Assembly: GCA_038729485.1 (NCBI GenBank)
Contig: JAVYRX010000005.1
Location: 1,417 to 65,416 of the forward strand
Reading direction: 5' to 3'
DNA length: 64,000 bases
Source: Thermoplasmatales archaeon
GTDB lineage: Archaea > Thermoplasmatota > Thermoplasmata > Thermoplasmatales > GCA-001856825
A model generated the notes under the pieces. It had not been told where the DNA came from, made no database searches, and saw only the letters and a program-made list of their open reading frames with translations. A program made the translations under genes and the position numbers. Positions 45,482-54,514 of the stretch are shown in pieces; the first letter of the stretch is position 1; every line of letters begins with the position of its first letter.

Positions 45482-46606
45482 ATGTCTGTAAGCAATGTAA
45501 GGGGAAATAGACCGAGACTGGACGATTCATTCGTAAGGGATGTCATCAGGTTCGGGGGTTCGGATCTAAAGATATGCATGCAATGCTCTGTATGCACTGT
45601 TGCCTGTCCGCTTAGCCCAGATCTGAATCCATTCCCTAGGAAGGAAATGATATGGTCCCAGTGGGGGTTGAAAGATAAACTTCTGAAAGACGCAGACATT
45701 TGGATGTGTCACGAATGCGGCGATTGCTCAAAGGAATGCCCGAGAAACGCGAAGCCAGGCACTGTGATGACTGCACTTAGGACGGTGGCGGTCTCTCATT
45801 ACTCATGGCCAAGATTTATGGGAAAAGCTTTCAGGGAAAAATGGTTCCTCCCATTATTCACCATAATTCCGATAGCTCTTTTCTTCCTTGTTTACTTTCT
45901 CTTTGGCCTATCAATACCTGCTACTGGGCCGGTTTATTTTTCTTCTTTTATCCCTTTTAATCTGGTGGATGAAGCTGGCATTATTGTTGGTATATTCGCA
46001 ATATTCTCTCTCAGCTACGGCTCGTGGAGGTACTACAAAGGGATCAGTGAGGAGAAAAAGGGGGAACTTTCCTTTTTGAGGTCAGCGCTAATCACGCTCA
46101 AAATATTCCTGTTGCATTCAAATTTCAGCAAATGCGTATCAAACCACAAGAGGTACTATTCTCATTTCCTAATATTCTATGGTTTCTTAGTCCTTCTTTT
46201 GGCGACATTTATCGGTGCACTCGAGATTCATCTATTTGGCTTTTCTCACCTTTTGATCGGAGAACCTCAGAACATAATTGGAAACGTAGGTTTAATAGTG
46301 ATATTCCCTGGGATAGTGATTGCGTTGTTAAATAGATCCTCCAAGAAAGTTCCAAAGAAGGAGACATATTTCGATTGGTACTTCCTTGTTTTGCTTTCTC
46401 TCGTCGTCATTACGGGCTTTACTATCGAAATACTTAGGCTGATTGACAGCATTAGCGCATATTACGTTTACGCGTCTCATTTGGTATTCGTCTTCATGCT
46501 TATTGCATACGCACCCTACTCAAAATTGGCCCACGTTTTTTACAGGTTCTTTGCCCTAACCTACCTCACATCTATAGGCAGGAATCCAACTGAGGCGTTG
46601 CCATAA
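45482..46606 (+). CDS. qmoC: QmoC (HdrC-like Fe-S plus membrane cytochrome b)
   Basis: CMQCSVCTVACP, PFPRKEM.W.QWG, CHECGDCSKECPR, TM region ending PYSKLAH. Confidence 0.94.
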   Translation: MSVSNVRGNRPRLDDSFVRDVIRFGGSDLKICMQCSVCTVACPLSPDLNPFPRKEMIWSQWGLKDKLLKDADIWMCHECGDCSKECPRNAKPGTVMTALRTVAVSHYSWPRFMGKAFREKWFLPLFTIIPIALFFLVYFLFGLSIPATGPVYFSSFIPFNLVDEAGIIVGIFAIFSLSYGSWRYYKGISEEKKGELSFLRSALITLKIFLLHSNFSKCVSNHKRYYSHFLIFYGFLVLLLATFIGALEIHLFGFSHLLIGEPQNIIGNVGLIVIFPGIVIALLNRSSKKVPKKETYFDWYFLVLLSLVVITGFTIEILRLIDSISAYYVYASHLVFVFMLIAYAPYSKLAHVFYRFFALTYLTSIGRNPTEALP

Positions 46607-46615
46607 TTTTTTAAT

Positions 46616-47173
46616 TTATTTCCTTAGAATTGCAGCAAGTATCTCTTTGGAAGCTTCATTTGCCATTCCTGTTCTATTTTTCACGATCATGAATGGGCAT
46701 CCAGACATTGCTGAGTATGAAACTCCGTACATCCTGTTTATTTCTAAATGCGCTTGTATGTCGTCCTCAGAATCGCTGTCTCTGGATCTAGTAGAATCAT
46801 TGGCTCTCCTGAGAAATATATCGTGCGGATCAGCTTCCAAGGAGACTATCAAATCAGGTTTCAATATTTCCAGAATATGCCAAGGGATGCCGGGAAGGAA
46901 TCCGCTAGTAGTTTTTATTGAAAGATGCGTATCTATGATGACAGATTTTTTCTTAGAAAAGTAATCCGCAGCACCCTTTTGAATCTCAAGCTGAAGTTTA
47001 GGCGGCATCTTTCTCATCTCGTCCCTATCATTTACGTAGCCCTTCGAGACGGCCTGCTTGAGCATAATGTCTCCAAAATTCTCAACCGTCAATCCCGCAT
47101 TTACCAGATTTCCCAGGACAGTCGTCTTTCCAACCCCTGGAATCCCGCCTATGACAACCTTCGTACTAACCAC
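46616..47173 (-). CDS. adkA: Archaeal-type adenylate kinase
   Basis: GIPGVGKTT, NFGD.M, RDEMRK, IDTH...GFLPG.P, RR..D.TR.RD. Likely start is GTG 47173, not the longer ORF-track start. Confidence 0.9.
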   Translation of the reverse strand: MVSTKVVIGGIPGVGKTTVLGNLVNAGLTVENFGDIMLKQAVSKGYVNDRDEMRKMPPKLQLEIQKGAADYFSKKKSVIIDTHLSIKTTSGFLPGIPWHILEILKPDLIVSLEADPHDIFLRRANDSTRSRDSDSEDDIQAHLEINRMYGVSYSAMSGCPFMIVKNRTGMANEASKEILAAILRK

Positions 47174-47181
47174 CTTACGCG

Positions 47182-47239
47182 TTGCTTGATGTTGAGGACT
47201 TCCACAGGTACGTTTATTGCAGTGGATCCCTTCAAGCAA
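47182..47239 (-). promoter_or_regulatory. Multi-stem hairpin in the probable 5' leader of adkA
   Basis: Nested pairings TTGCTTGA/TCAAGCAA, GGGA/TCCT and TCCAC/GTGGA. ATATATAT TATA-like box at ~47263-47270. Confidence 0.45.
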
Positions 47240-47346
47240 GACGTTTTTGATTGTGGATTGCAATATATATGTTGAACCTCATCGATAAGGGAAACTGAAC
47301 TGTCAGTAACCTCGAAATGAAATTATAGTTGCTTTGTCCCTAATTC

Positions 47347-47733
47347 TTAGACCAATAGCTGTTGCAGTTTATTTATTAATCCTTTTTCAACGTGTATTGA
47401 CCAAAGGGTTTCAGGTACGTCAACGGCGAGAAAGAGTTCTGAAAGAAGTATGGCCTCTATTGCCATGACGGCGAGATTCTGAACAAACTTTCCTACGCCG
47501 ATTCTTACGGTAAAGTCATCAGGCTCTCCAGAAATTAATATCGTGAAGGCCCTTTCCGCAGTAATTATGTCCCTCAATATTCCAGCTTTTTGGGCCTGTA
47601 TCACGAAACTTCCAGGCATCTGTTTTGTCTGAACCTTATAACCTTCGTCCTCTAGCGTCTTCGCAAAAGTTGATCCTAGATCATTTATGTCCCTGTTTTT
47701 TCCTTGAAATCTTAAGGTTTTCTCCGCAACCAT
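47347..47733 (-). CDS. Conserved-looking hypothetical protein
   Basis: 128 aa ORF with clean start and coding-like composition; one hydrophobic segment near the C-terminus. Confidence 0.7.
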   Translation of the reverse strand: MVAEKTLRFQGKNRDINDLGSTFAKTLEDEGYKVQTKQMPGSFVIQAQKAGILRDIITAERAFTILISGEPDDFTVRIGVGKFVQNLAVMAIEAILLSELFLAVDVPETLWSIHVEKGLINKLQQLLV

Positions 47734-47862
47734 TTTGAATGCAACGAAAATTCGAATTAAATGTTTTCGGAAATTTTATCGAAAAATCAATCGTTTCCCA
47801 CAGGAAGGATGCTTGTAGCCCAAGACAATGCCTAAAATAAAAAAAAGGAATGGAGGTCTGGT

Positions 47863-49140
47863 TTAATACCAGCCTCTCACTTTCATTGCCTTTGAAACCC
47901 TATCTACTGCCAGGATGTATGCTGCCATCCTAGGATTTGTATTGTATTTTCCCATAGTTTCAACAGTGTCATGGAAGCTCTTGGATATTTTCTTGTCAAG
48001 CCTCTGATACACTTCGTCTATGTCCCAGTAGTAGCCCCCTATGTTCTGAACCCATTCAAAGTATGACACTATTACCCCGCCAGAGTTAGCAAGAAAGTCA
48101 GGGACGTCGAAAACCTTGTTCTTTACCAATATGTCGTCTGCGTCCGGAGTAGTTGGTCCGTTCGCCAGTTCAAGAACAATTTTCGCCTTAACGCTGGACG
48201 CATTTTTACTCGTTATCTGATTTTCCAGTGCAGCGGGTATCAAAACATCTACGTCTAGCTTCAGAAGTTCCTCGTTGGAAATGTCCTTAGCTCCCTTGAG
48301 GCCTACAACGCTTCCCGTTTTCATCTTGTGCTCTTTTACCTCGTCGAAGCTTAATCCTTCCTTCTTATATATGCCCCCTTTGCTGTCGGAAACTGCTACG
48401 ACTTTCGAATGGAACATCTCTGTTACAAGTTTGTGAGCAAATTCCCCTGCATTACCAAATCCCTGTATTGCTACTGTAGCTCTTGAAAGATCTATTTTAA
48501 GGTGCTTAGCCGCCTCTCTCAGTACGTACATGCCTCCCTTTGCGGTGGCATCTCCCCTGCCAAGAGAGCCGCCGATTTCAAGGGGCTTGCCAGTAATCAT
48601 ACCCGGCTCATTGTGCCCTATCATCGTAGAATATTCATCCATCATCCAGGCCATTATCTGAGGCGTGGTGTAAACATCAGGCGCCGGAATATCTATCTCA
48701 GGTCCAACGTACTCTCCTATCGCCCTAACATACCCCCTTGACAGTCGCTCCAGTTCACCTGCGCTCATTGACTTTGGATCGCAGATAATGCCTCCCTTCG
48801 CCCCGCCGTAAGGGATGTCCGCCAGAGATGTTTTCCATGTCATCCAGGCAGCCAGCGCCTTTACTGTTGAAAGACTTTCCTGGGGATGGAATCTGATTCC
48901 ACCCTTTGTAGGTCCCCTTGCCCAGTTGTAGTGGACCCTGAATCCAGTGAAGACTTTTGTAGATCCATTATCCATCTTCACGGGAATCTGAACCTGAAGA
49001 ATGCTTTGCGGCTCCCTCAAAATCGCGTGAGCCTGCGGGTCTAGGTTCATTATTTTGGCAGCTTCATCCAATTGTTTCTGCGCAATCTTAAATGGGTCTA
49101 GTTCTTCATTCTTACTTTCATTCTTTGGTTGTTGCATCAT
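47863..49140 (-). CDS. gdhA: Glutamate dehydrogenase
   Basis: [32 protein letters not shown]...[37 protein letters not shown]. Confidence 0.97.
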   Translation of the reverse strand: MMQQPKNESKNEELDPFKIAQKQLDEAAKIMNLDPQAHAILREPQSILQVQIPVKMDNGSTKVFTGFRVHYNWARGPTKGGIRFHPQESLSTVKALAAWMTWKTSLADIPYGGAKGGIICDPKSMSAGELERLSRGYVRAIGEYVGPEIDIPAPDVYTTPQIMAWMMDEYSTMIGHNEPGMITGKPLEIGGSLGRGDATAKGGMYVLREAAKHLKIDLSRATVAIQGFGNAGEFAHKLVTEMFHSKVVAVSDSKGGIYKKEGLSFDEVKEHKMKTGSVVGLKGAKDISNEELLKLDVDVLIPAALENQITSKNASSVKAKIVLELANGPTTPDADDILVKNKVFDVPDFLANSGGVIVSYFEWVQNIGGYYWDIDEVYQRLDKKISKSFHDTVETMGKYNTNPRMAAYILAVDRVSKAMKVRGWY

Positions 49141-49263
49141 GATTTCACCCAGAATGCAGGTCGACATTGCTTTGTAATTCATAAAGGTTGTCCATAAACC
49201 CGAATTCCAAAAAAACTTATTCCGGATTCACAAAAGTTATTTCACACTTCAACATAAAGAGTT

Positions 49264-50097
49264 ATGAAGCCTGAGCTGTGGTTTTCGGAGTTGCAAAACG
49301 AAGACACAAAATTCAGCGTGCGAATAAGATCGCACCTTTTTTCTAAAGAATCGAAATATCAGAGAATCGATGTCTTTGAAACGGATTTCTTCGGTAAGGT
49401 ACTCACGCTCGACGGTTGCTTTATGATTACGGAGAAAGACGAGTTCATGTATCAGGAGATGATATCGCATCCGGCAATGATGTCCCACAAGGACCCAAGG
49501 GACGTTCTTATCATAGGCGGTGGGGATGGCGGAGTGGCAAGGGAAGTATTGAAATATCCTGTGAAAAGCCTGCACTTAGTCGAAATAGACGAGGATGTCA
49601 TTTCTGCATCCAAAGTTCATCTGCCAGAAATAGCGTCATCCTTTGAAGATAAGAGGGTCAAGGTTTTCAACCAGGATGCTTTTGAATTCGTTGACTCCGC
49701 TGGAAAGTATGATGTTATAATAGTAGATTCGACAGATCCTATTGGTTTCGCCGCATCCCTCTTCTCTTCCGTATTTTATATGAAGGCAAGGAACATTCTG
49801 AGAGAAGATGGGATAATAGTTACCCAAAGCGGATCGCCATTCATGAACCCGAGCCATATACAAAAAGCATTCAAGGGTTTATCTGAACACTTCAAATTTG
49901 TGAAGCCATACCTGTCGTTCGTTCCTTCTTATCCTTCTGGAATGTGGTCGTACATCATCGCGTCAAATAGTGAAATATCAATGCGCAGAAAATTCACAGG
50001 TCAATATATGAACGAGGAGATATACAAGTCTCTGTTTAATCTTCCAGAATTCGTTAAGAAGATAATTTACGAAAAAGATGGGGCTACTTTATCCTGA
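49264..50097 (+). CDS. speE: Polyamine aminopropyltransferase (spermidine synthase)
   Basis: LDG..MITEKDEF.YQEM, VLIIGGGDGG..RE, VEIDE, DVIIVDSTDP. Confidence 0.95.
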   Translation: MKPELWFSELQNEDTKFSVRIRSHLFSKESKYQRIDVFETDFFGKVLTLDGCFMITEKDEFMYQEMISHPAMMSHKDPRDVLIIGGGDGGVAREVLKYPVKSLHLVEIDEDVISASKVHLPEIASSFEDKRVKVFNQDAFEFVDSAGKYDVIIVDSTDPIGFAASLFSSVFYMKARNILREDGIIVTQSGSPFMNPSHIQKAFKGLSEHFKFVKPYLSFVPSYPSGMWSYIIASNSEISMRRKFTGQYMNEEIYKSLFNLPEFVKKIIYEKDGATLS

Positions 50098-50461
50098 ATT
50101 GCTCCTTCTTTTCTCGTAATCTCTTGGTGAACGATGGCCCCAGTTTCGCCGCTATACTTTCCAAATCTTTAGAGTTCTTCACTATTACGGCCTTGCTGTC
50201 CGAGGCGATAAGTTCCTCGAATCTCCTTCTGTACCACACTGTGGAAACGAAAAGGTACAGAAAGTAGAGCAGGACTACTAGCGATAGCGCAAATATGTAG
50301 TATGACCATCCGCTAGCAGAATCAAGCAGTGCTTGAAACGTTAGAGGCAGAATACCCAGGTCAAAGAAATAAATGACGGTAATTATGAAAAAGAAAAGAG
50401 ACACAGCTATGAGAACCAAAGAAACTGGAATTTTGAATTCCTTGTATTTTCCTTTTTCCAC
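50084..50461 (-). CDS. Small 2-TM membrane protein (DUF3198-like)
   Basis: Two TM helices followed by RRRFEELI.SDSKA...KN.KDLE.IA.KLG. Confidence 0.65.
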   Translation of the reverse strand: MEKGKYKEFKIPVSLVLIAVSLFFFIITVIYFFDLGILPLTFQALLDSASGWSYYIFALSLVVLLYFLYLFVSTVWYRRRFEELIASDSKAVIVKNSKDLESIAAKLGPSFTKRLREKKEQFRIK

Positions 50462-50481
50462 AAGACCCGGATTTTGAATTC

Positions 50482-51030
50482 CTATTTGTCCTTTTTCTTG
50501 AGAAAATTAACAAAAAGGGTAGCTGCAAGGAACCTATGGGATATTGAATTCTTTTCTTCTACTGACATTTCCGCGTAAGTCTTCTCACTTCCCTCAGGTA
50601 TGAAAATGGGATCAAAGCCGAATCCGTTGGTACCTTTTCCGCTTTCAGATATTCGTCCCTTTCTTACTCCGAGAAATGTATTTATCTTCCCGTCGTAGTA
50701 TGCTATGCAGGTCATGAATTCTGCTGTTCTGTCCCTATTACCATCCATTAGTTTGATTATGCCGTCATTCCCAATAGTCTTGAAGGCGTATGATGAGTAT
50801 ACTCCTGGAAAACCGTTTAGCGTGTCTATAAATAACCCGGAATCGTCGATGAAGAAATCCTCTTTTATAAAGCCAGTTAGATAACACAAAGATCTCTTTG
50901 CGACCTCTTCTATTGAACTCAACTGTTCCTCTGGATAGCTCATCAATTTTAATTCCAGATTTAAACCGTTTTCTTTGAATATGGCTGCATATTCCATATA
51001 TTTTCCCTTGTTGGACGTGACTAACATCAT
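50482..51030 (-). CDS. RdgB/HAM1 non-canonical purine NTP pyrophosphatase
   Basis: TSNKGK..E, DDSGL, GFPGVYS, GFGFDPIF, KN.ISHR. Confidence 0.95.
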   Translation of the reverse strand: MMLVTSNKGKYMEYAAIFKENGLNLELKLMSYPEEQLSSIEEVAKRSLCYLTGFIKEDFFIDDSGLFIDTLNGFPGVYSSYAFKTIGNDGIIKLMDGNRDRTAEFMTCIAYYDGKINTFLGVRKGRISESGKGTNGFGFDPIFIPEGSEKTYAEMSVEEKNSISHRFLAATLFVNFLKKKDK

Positions 51031-52598
51031 AGATATCTCCTCCTGCCTTCTATTTCTCTCACCTTATTTAGAACTTCATCATATTTGGAAAATTTGGCGT
51101 ATCCTTCAAGAAAATTATCGAAGGACCATTTCTTGCCCAGCGAAGACAATGATTCTTTCATAAGATGAACGTCCACCCCAAAATCCTCGATCTCAGGAGA
51201 GGTATTTCCCATGGATGGATCGATTATGCTTATCCCGTCATCCACAATAAGATTTCCCGCATTTATGTCTCCGTGGCTTATACCAGCCTCGTGCATGCTT
51301 GCAACTATTCTACCTGATTCCTCCACAAGGCGGTCAAACTCCGGTTTATCAAGCATCAGACTTAGAGATTTACCTCTAATTTTTGTCATGACTATGCTGG
51401 CCTCATCCAAATCAACATAGAGGACCAGAGGTGCCTTTATTCCCGCCTCTTTAATAGCGTGAAGCAGCCTAACCTCCTTTTTAACTCTAGATTTATTAAT
51501 TATGCTATCTAATTCTGGATTCCTATATTCTTTTCCCTTTCTTACCTTTAAGATACAGTCAAAACCATGAAATTTTATTTCGCTAACAACACTTTCACCA
51601 CCTTGCATAGCCTTGGGTGTTACTTTCCTTCTCCCGATCCAGGAAGCTTCATAGGAGTCTATCCTTTCATATTGGTCCACTCTTACTTCTTCTGCCTTCA
51701 TGACATTTGATGAAAAGAAACCGGCGAGCGCAATCATGGCACCATTATCAGAAAGAAACTTATCTTCAGGGAAAAAGTACGAGTATCCCCTGTGCTCAGC
51801 CATTTGAAGGAGAATCTGCCTAAGCCTCCTGTTCCTAGCAACTCCCCCTGTTATGGCAAATTCGTCTAATCCGAAATGTGCCATGCCCCTTTCCACTATT
51901 TCAGCCAGCGCCGTGAATGCATATTCCTGTGCATTGAACGCAATGTCGCTATCTTCTTTCTTGCCTATCATGTTCCTCAGGTGAGTGTAAAGACCCGAGT
52001 AAGCTACGTCCATTCCCCTTATTGTGTAGGGGGAATCGAATATTTCTTTTCCTTTAAGCGCAATTTGTTCAAGTTTTGGGGCCCCGGGAAACGGTATTCC
52101 CATATCCCTAGCTAGTTTGTCCAGGAAATTACCTACCCCTATGTCAAGCGTTTCCCCTAGAATCGAGTATTTTCCATTTCCTATAATTTCAATTTGAGTG
52201 TTCCCTCCTGATACGTACAGAAAAAGGGGATGCTCGAATTTTGACATGCTCCTTGCAATTTCAAGGTGCGCAACCCCGTGATTTACAGGGACGATCTGCT
52301 TACCGTATTTTATTGAAAGGAATCTTGCCAATTCCACCCCTGTCTTTAGTGCTGGGCCGAGACCTGGCCCAGTTGCAACCGATATCCTGTCTATCTCGCT
52401 AATATCAATTTTGTTCTTCTCCAGCAATAGAGCAAGAATCCTGGGGAAGGCTTTCATGTGGTGAGCGGCTGCCTCTCTGGGATTTATGCCTCCTTTGAGC
52501 GGTTTATAGGAATCAGATATGAAGTCAACTATATTGCCGTCTTCTACGATCCCAACTGAAGCAGTATGTGCAGTACTTTCTATTCCTAGAACTATCAT
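51027..52598 (-). CDS. kae1: Bifunctional Kae1-Bud32 (t6A synthase / kinase) fusion
   Basis: LGIESTAHT, GPGLG, VNHGVAH, LYVSGG.T, DNGAMIA, then kinase domain with HGD and C-terminal RRRY. Confidence 0.95.
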   Translation of the reverse strand: MIVLGIESTAHTASVGIVEDGNIVDFISDSYKPLKGGINPREAAAHHMKAFPRILALLLEKNKIDISEIDRISVATGPGLGPALKTGVELARFLSIKYGKQIVPVNHGVAHLEIARSMSKFEHPLFLYVSGGNTQIEIIGNGKYSILGETLDIGVGNFLDKLARDMGIPFPGAPKLEQIALKGKEIFDSPYTIRGMDVAYSGLYTHLRNMIGKKEDSDIAFNAQEYAFTALAEIVERGMAHFGLDEFAITGGVARNRRLRQILLQMAEHRGYSYFFPEDKFLSDNGAMIALAGFFSSNVMKAEEVRVDQYERIDSYEASWIGRRKVTPKAMQGGESVVSEIKFHGFDCILKVRKGKEYRNPELDSIINKSRVKKEVRLLHAIKEAGIKAPLVLYVDLDEASIVMTKIRGKSLSLMLDKPEFDRLVEESGRIVASMHEAGISHGDINAGNLIVDDGISIIDPSMGNTSPEIEDFGVDVHLMKESLSSLGKKWSFDNFLEGYAKFSKYDEVLNKVREIEGRRRYL

Positions 52599-52610
52599 CC
52601 ATTAACTATC

Positions 52611-52826
52611 TTACTTTTGGGAGATCCTTACCACGTTGCTTCCCCTGAGTATAACTGTACCTAGCTTTCTCTTGTTATTTTCAGTTATTTCCTCTGTATT
52701 CGAGATAACCATATTCATGTAGTCGTCATAACTTTCCAGCACGCCCTCAAGAACGGTATTATCTTTCAGCAGAAGGGAGACGGGCTTTTGGACCATAGTT
52801 TGCATTACAGCCATCGGAACTGCCAT
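52611..52826 (-). CDS. Archaeal Sm-like (Lsm) protein
   Basis: Sm1 motif (G.L..YD.YMN.V) and Sm2 motif (LG.VILRGSNV). Confidence 0.93.
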   Translation of the reverse strand: MAVPMAVMQTMVQKPVSLLLKDNTVLEGVLESYDDYMNMVISNTEEITENNKRKLGTVILRGSNVVRISQK

Positions 52827-52834
52827 TTTATCAC

Positions 52835-52996
52835 CTATGTGTATTCATAATAATCGTCTTCTTCTTCATTTTCCATAACAACCTGCAGCAAACCTCTAAG
52901 GATTGTCTTCATATTCTCTACTTCCTTCCTGAGATTGCGGACTTCCATATCCAGTTTTTCTACTCTCATTCTGCTGTCATTCTCATCTATCTTCAT
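52835..52996 (-). CDS. Unannotated 53-aa coiled-coil protein with acidic tail between csl4 and lsm
   Basis: Hand-translated: MKIDENDSRMRVEKLDMEVRNLRKEVENMKTILRGLLQVVMENEEEDDYYEYT. GGGGTG SD; overlaps the csl4 end and stops 8 nt before lsm. Confidence 0.75.
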   Translation of the reverse strand: MKIDENDSRMRVEKLDMEVRNLRKEVENMKTILRGLLQVVMENEEEDDYYEYT

Positions 52997-53558
52997 TTAT
53001 CACACACCCCTTCGGAATCTCCCCATATTTTCTGGAGACCTTCCTTAGCTCACTCTTCTGACAATAGGTACAGTAAAGTTCGCTATTAATCCTTTCCAAC
53101 GGTCTCCTACATCTGGAGCAGTATGCATATATCACACCGTAATCTGGCGGTTCTAGTGTCAGGTCTATCTTTCCCCTGATCGAAACAACTTTGCCCCTGA
53201 TCACATCCCTTACTTTGACCACTTTTGAGCACATATCAAGATATTGCCCCATTATCCTGCTTGCATGTACTAGTGCTCTGGTTTTTGCCTCGTACACATT
53301 TTCCCCTCTTATTACATATTCACCCGAAACGACTACAAGCGGCTCATTTATTTCAGTCACGACGCCTATTATTTCGTCCCCAGGTTGCACTATAATGTCC
53401 TTCCTTTCGCTTTTCACCATTATCTTATAGTCATCCCCAACGGTCACCTCCCCCACCGATGACGAAAATATGCGCCCGTCTTCTTGATATGTACCCGGGC
53501 CGGGAATAAACTCCTCTTCAGTACCTAGATATTCTCCGGGAAGTACGAACTTGTTCAC
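52983..53558 (-). CDS. csl4: Exosome RNA-binding subunit Csl4
   Basis: VLPGE.LG..EEF.PG.GTY, S1 domain, GVIYAYCSRC...CTYC..SELRKVS..YG. Confidence 0.93.
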   Translation of the reverse strand: MNKFVLPGEYLGTEEEFIPGPGTYQEDGRIFSSSVGEVTVGDDYKIMVKSERKDIIVQPGDEIIGVVTEINEPLVVVSGEYVIRGENVYEAKTRALVHASRIMGQYLDMCSKVVKVRDVIRGKVVSIRGKIDLTLEPPDYGVIYAYCSRCRRPLERINSELYCTYCQKSELRKVSRKYGEIPKGCVINEDR

Positions 53559-54169
53559 GCTAGATCAACCCTTGCAATTCTCACGGGGATTGGAATCTTC
53601 TCTTTCGTATGAAATTTGTATAAACGTGGTATTTCAATGAAGCTCTTCTCCTCCCATACAACGGTGCCCACCGGTCTGATTAGTTTGCTCAGAAAATCAC
53701 CCGCGTTGTAATCAAGGATGATATAAAAATGTTTAGACAATTCGATTGCCTTTTGAATAAAAGGCATGTCCAATCCTCTCTTATGGACTCCGAAGGGCGG
53801 ATTCATTATAACGGTATCCACTTTAACATTAAATTCGGAGACATCCGAATTTATTAGCTCAATTTGAATGCCCATCATTTCTGCATTTTTTGATGCTGAA
53901 TCCAGAATTTTTTTATCCTTATCTATTCCATATACCTTCCTAGCTCCCAAGAGAGCTGCACCTACGGCAAATATGCCATTTCCGCAACCGAGATCAGCTA
54001 CTTTCCTTCCAATAACGTTTCCCTCCTGTGCGGCACGAAACAAGAGCGCAGAAGCGAGAGAAGGAGAAGTATTGTACTGCTCAAGTGAAATGTTGTAGTT
54101 TTCAGGGACATGCAATTTCGACAGAGCCATTTCAAGGCTGCTTTTCTTAATCGTAACAGATTCATTCAT
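53555..54169 (-). CDS. METTL5-like N6-adenine RNA methyltransferase
   Basis: LEQY.T, DLGCGNG and MNPPFG motifs; C-terminal FH. Confidence 0.88.
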   Translation of the reverse strand: MNESVTIKKSSLEMALSKLHVPENYNISLEQYNTSPSLASALLFRAAQEGNVIGRKVADLGCGNGIFAVGAALLGARKVYGIDKDKKILDSASKNAEMMGIQIELINSDVSEFNVKVDTVIMNPPFGVHKRGLDMPFIQKAIELSKHFYIILDYNAGDFLSKLIRPVGTVVWEEKSFIEIPRLYKFHTKEKIPIPVRIARVDLA

Positions 54170-54196
54170 TCGTTTATCCTTTCCGCAGATTTCAGT

Positions 54197-54469
54197 CTAT
54201 TCCAGCACAGTCTTTACAAGTTCACGTGCCTCTTTTTCTGCCTCCTCTTTAGGCTCGCCTTTCATCTTTAATAGTGTTGCTATGTATTTTTCCGCCCTTG
54301 TGACCTTCCAGGTGCTTCTCTCGTGAACAATTTTTACAATTACTTCTGCAATGTCACTGTCAACTTCCAGTCCAAACTTTTCCTTTATTCTGATCTGCCA
54401 TAGCTTAATCAGGAAACGGGGAACGTAATCGCCCTCCCTCCTAAGTCTCTGGTATATCCCGTTACTCAT
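54197..54469 (-). CDS. Hypothetical protein (90 aa, helical)
   Basis: Fills the gap, co-oriented with neighbours, TATA-like TTTAAA upstream. Confidence 0.7.
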   Translation of the reverse strand: MSNGIYQRLRREGDYVPRFLIKLWQIRIKEKFGLEVDSDIAEVIVKIVHERSTWKVTRAEKYIATLLKMKGEPKEEAEKEARELVKTVLE

Positions 54470-54514
54470 TACGTTTTGAGTATATCATGCTTTAAATATG
54501 TTATGGAACAAAAA

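Noticed and set aside
16161-46606. Accessory block as an active mobile element or genomic island
   Set aside because: No integrase, transposase, tRNA target or flanking direct repeats seen, and no obvious composition shift by eye.
51027-52598. Kae1-Bud32 gene fusion as a novelty
   Set aside because: The fusion is well known in many Euryarchaeota, including Thermoplasma and Methanocaldococcus.
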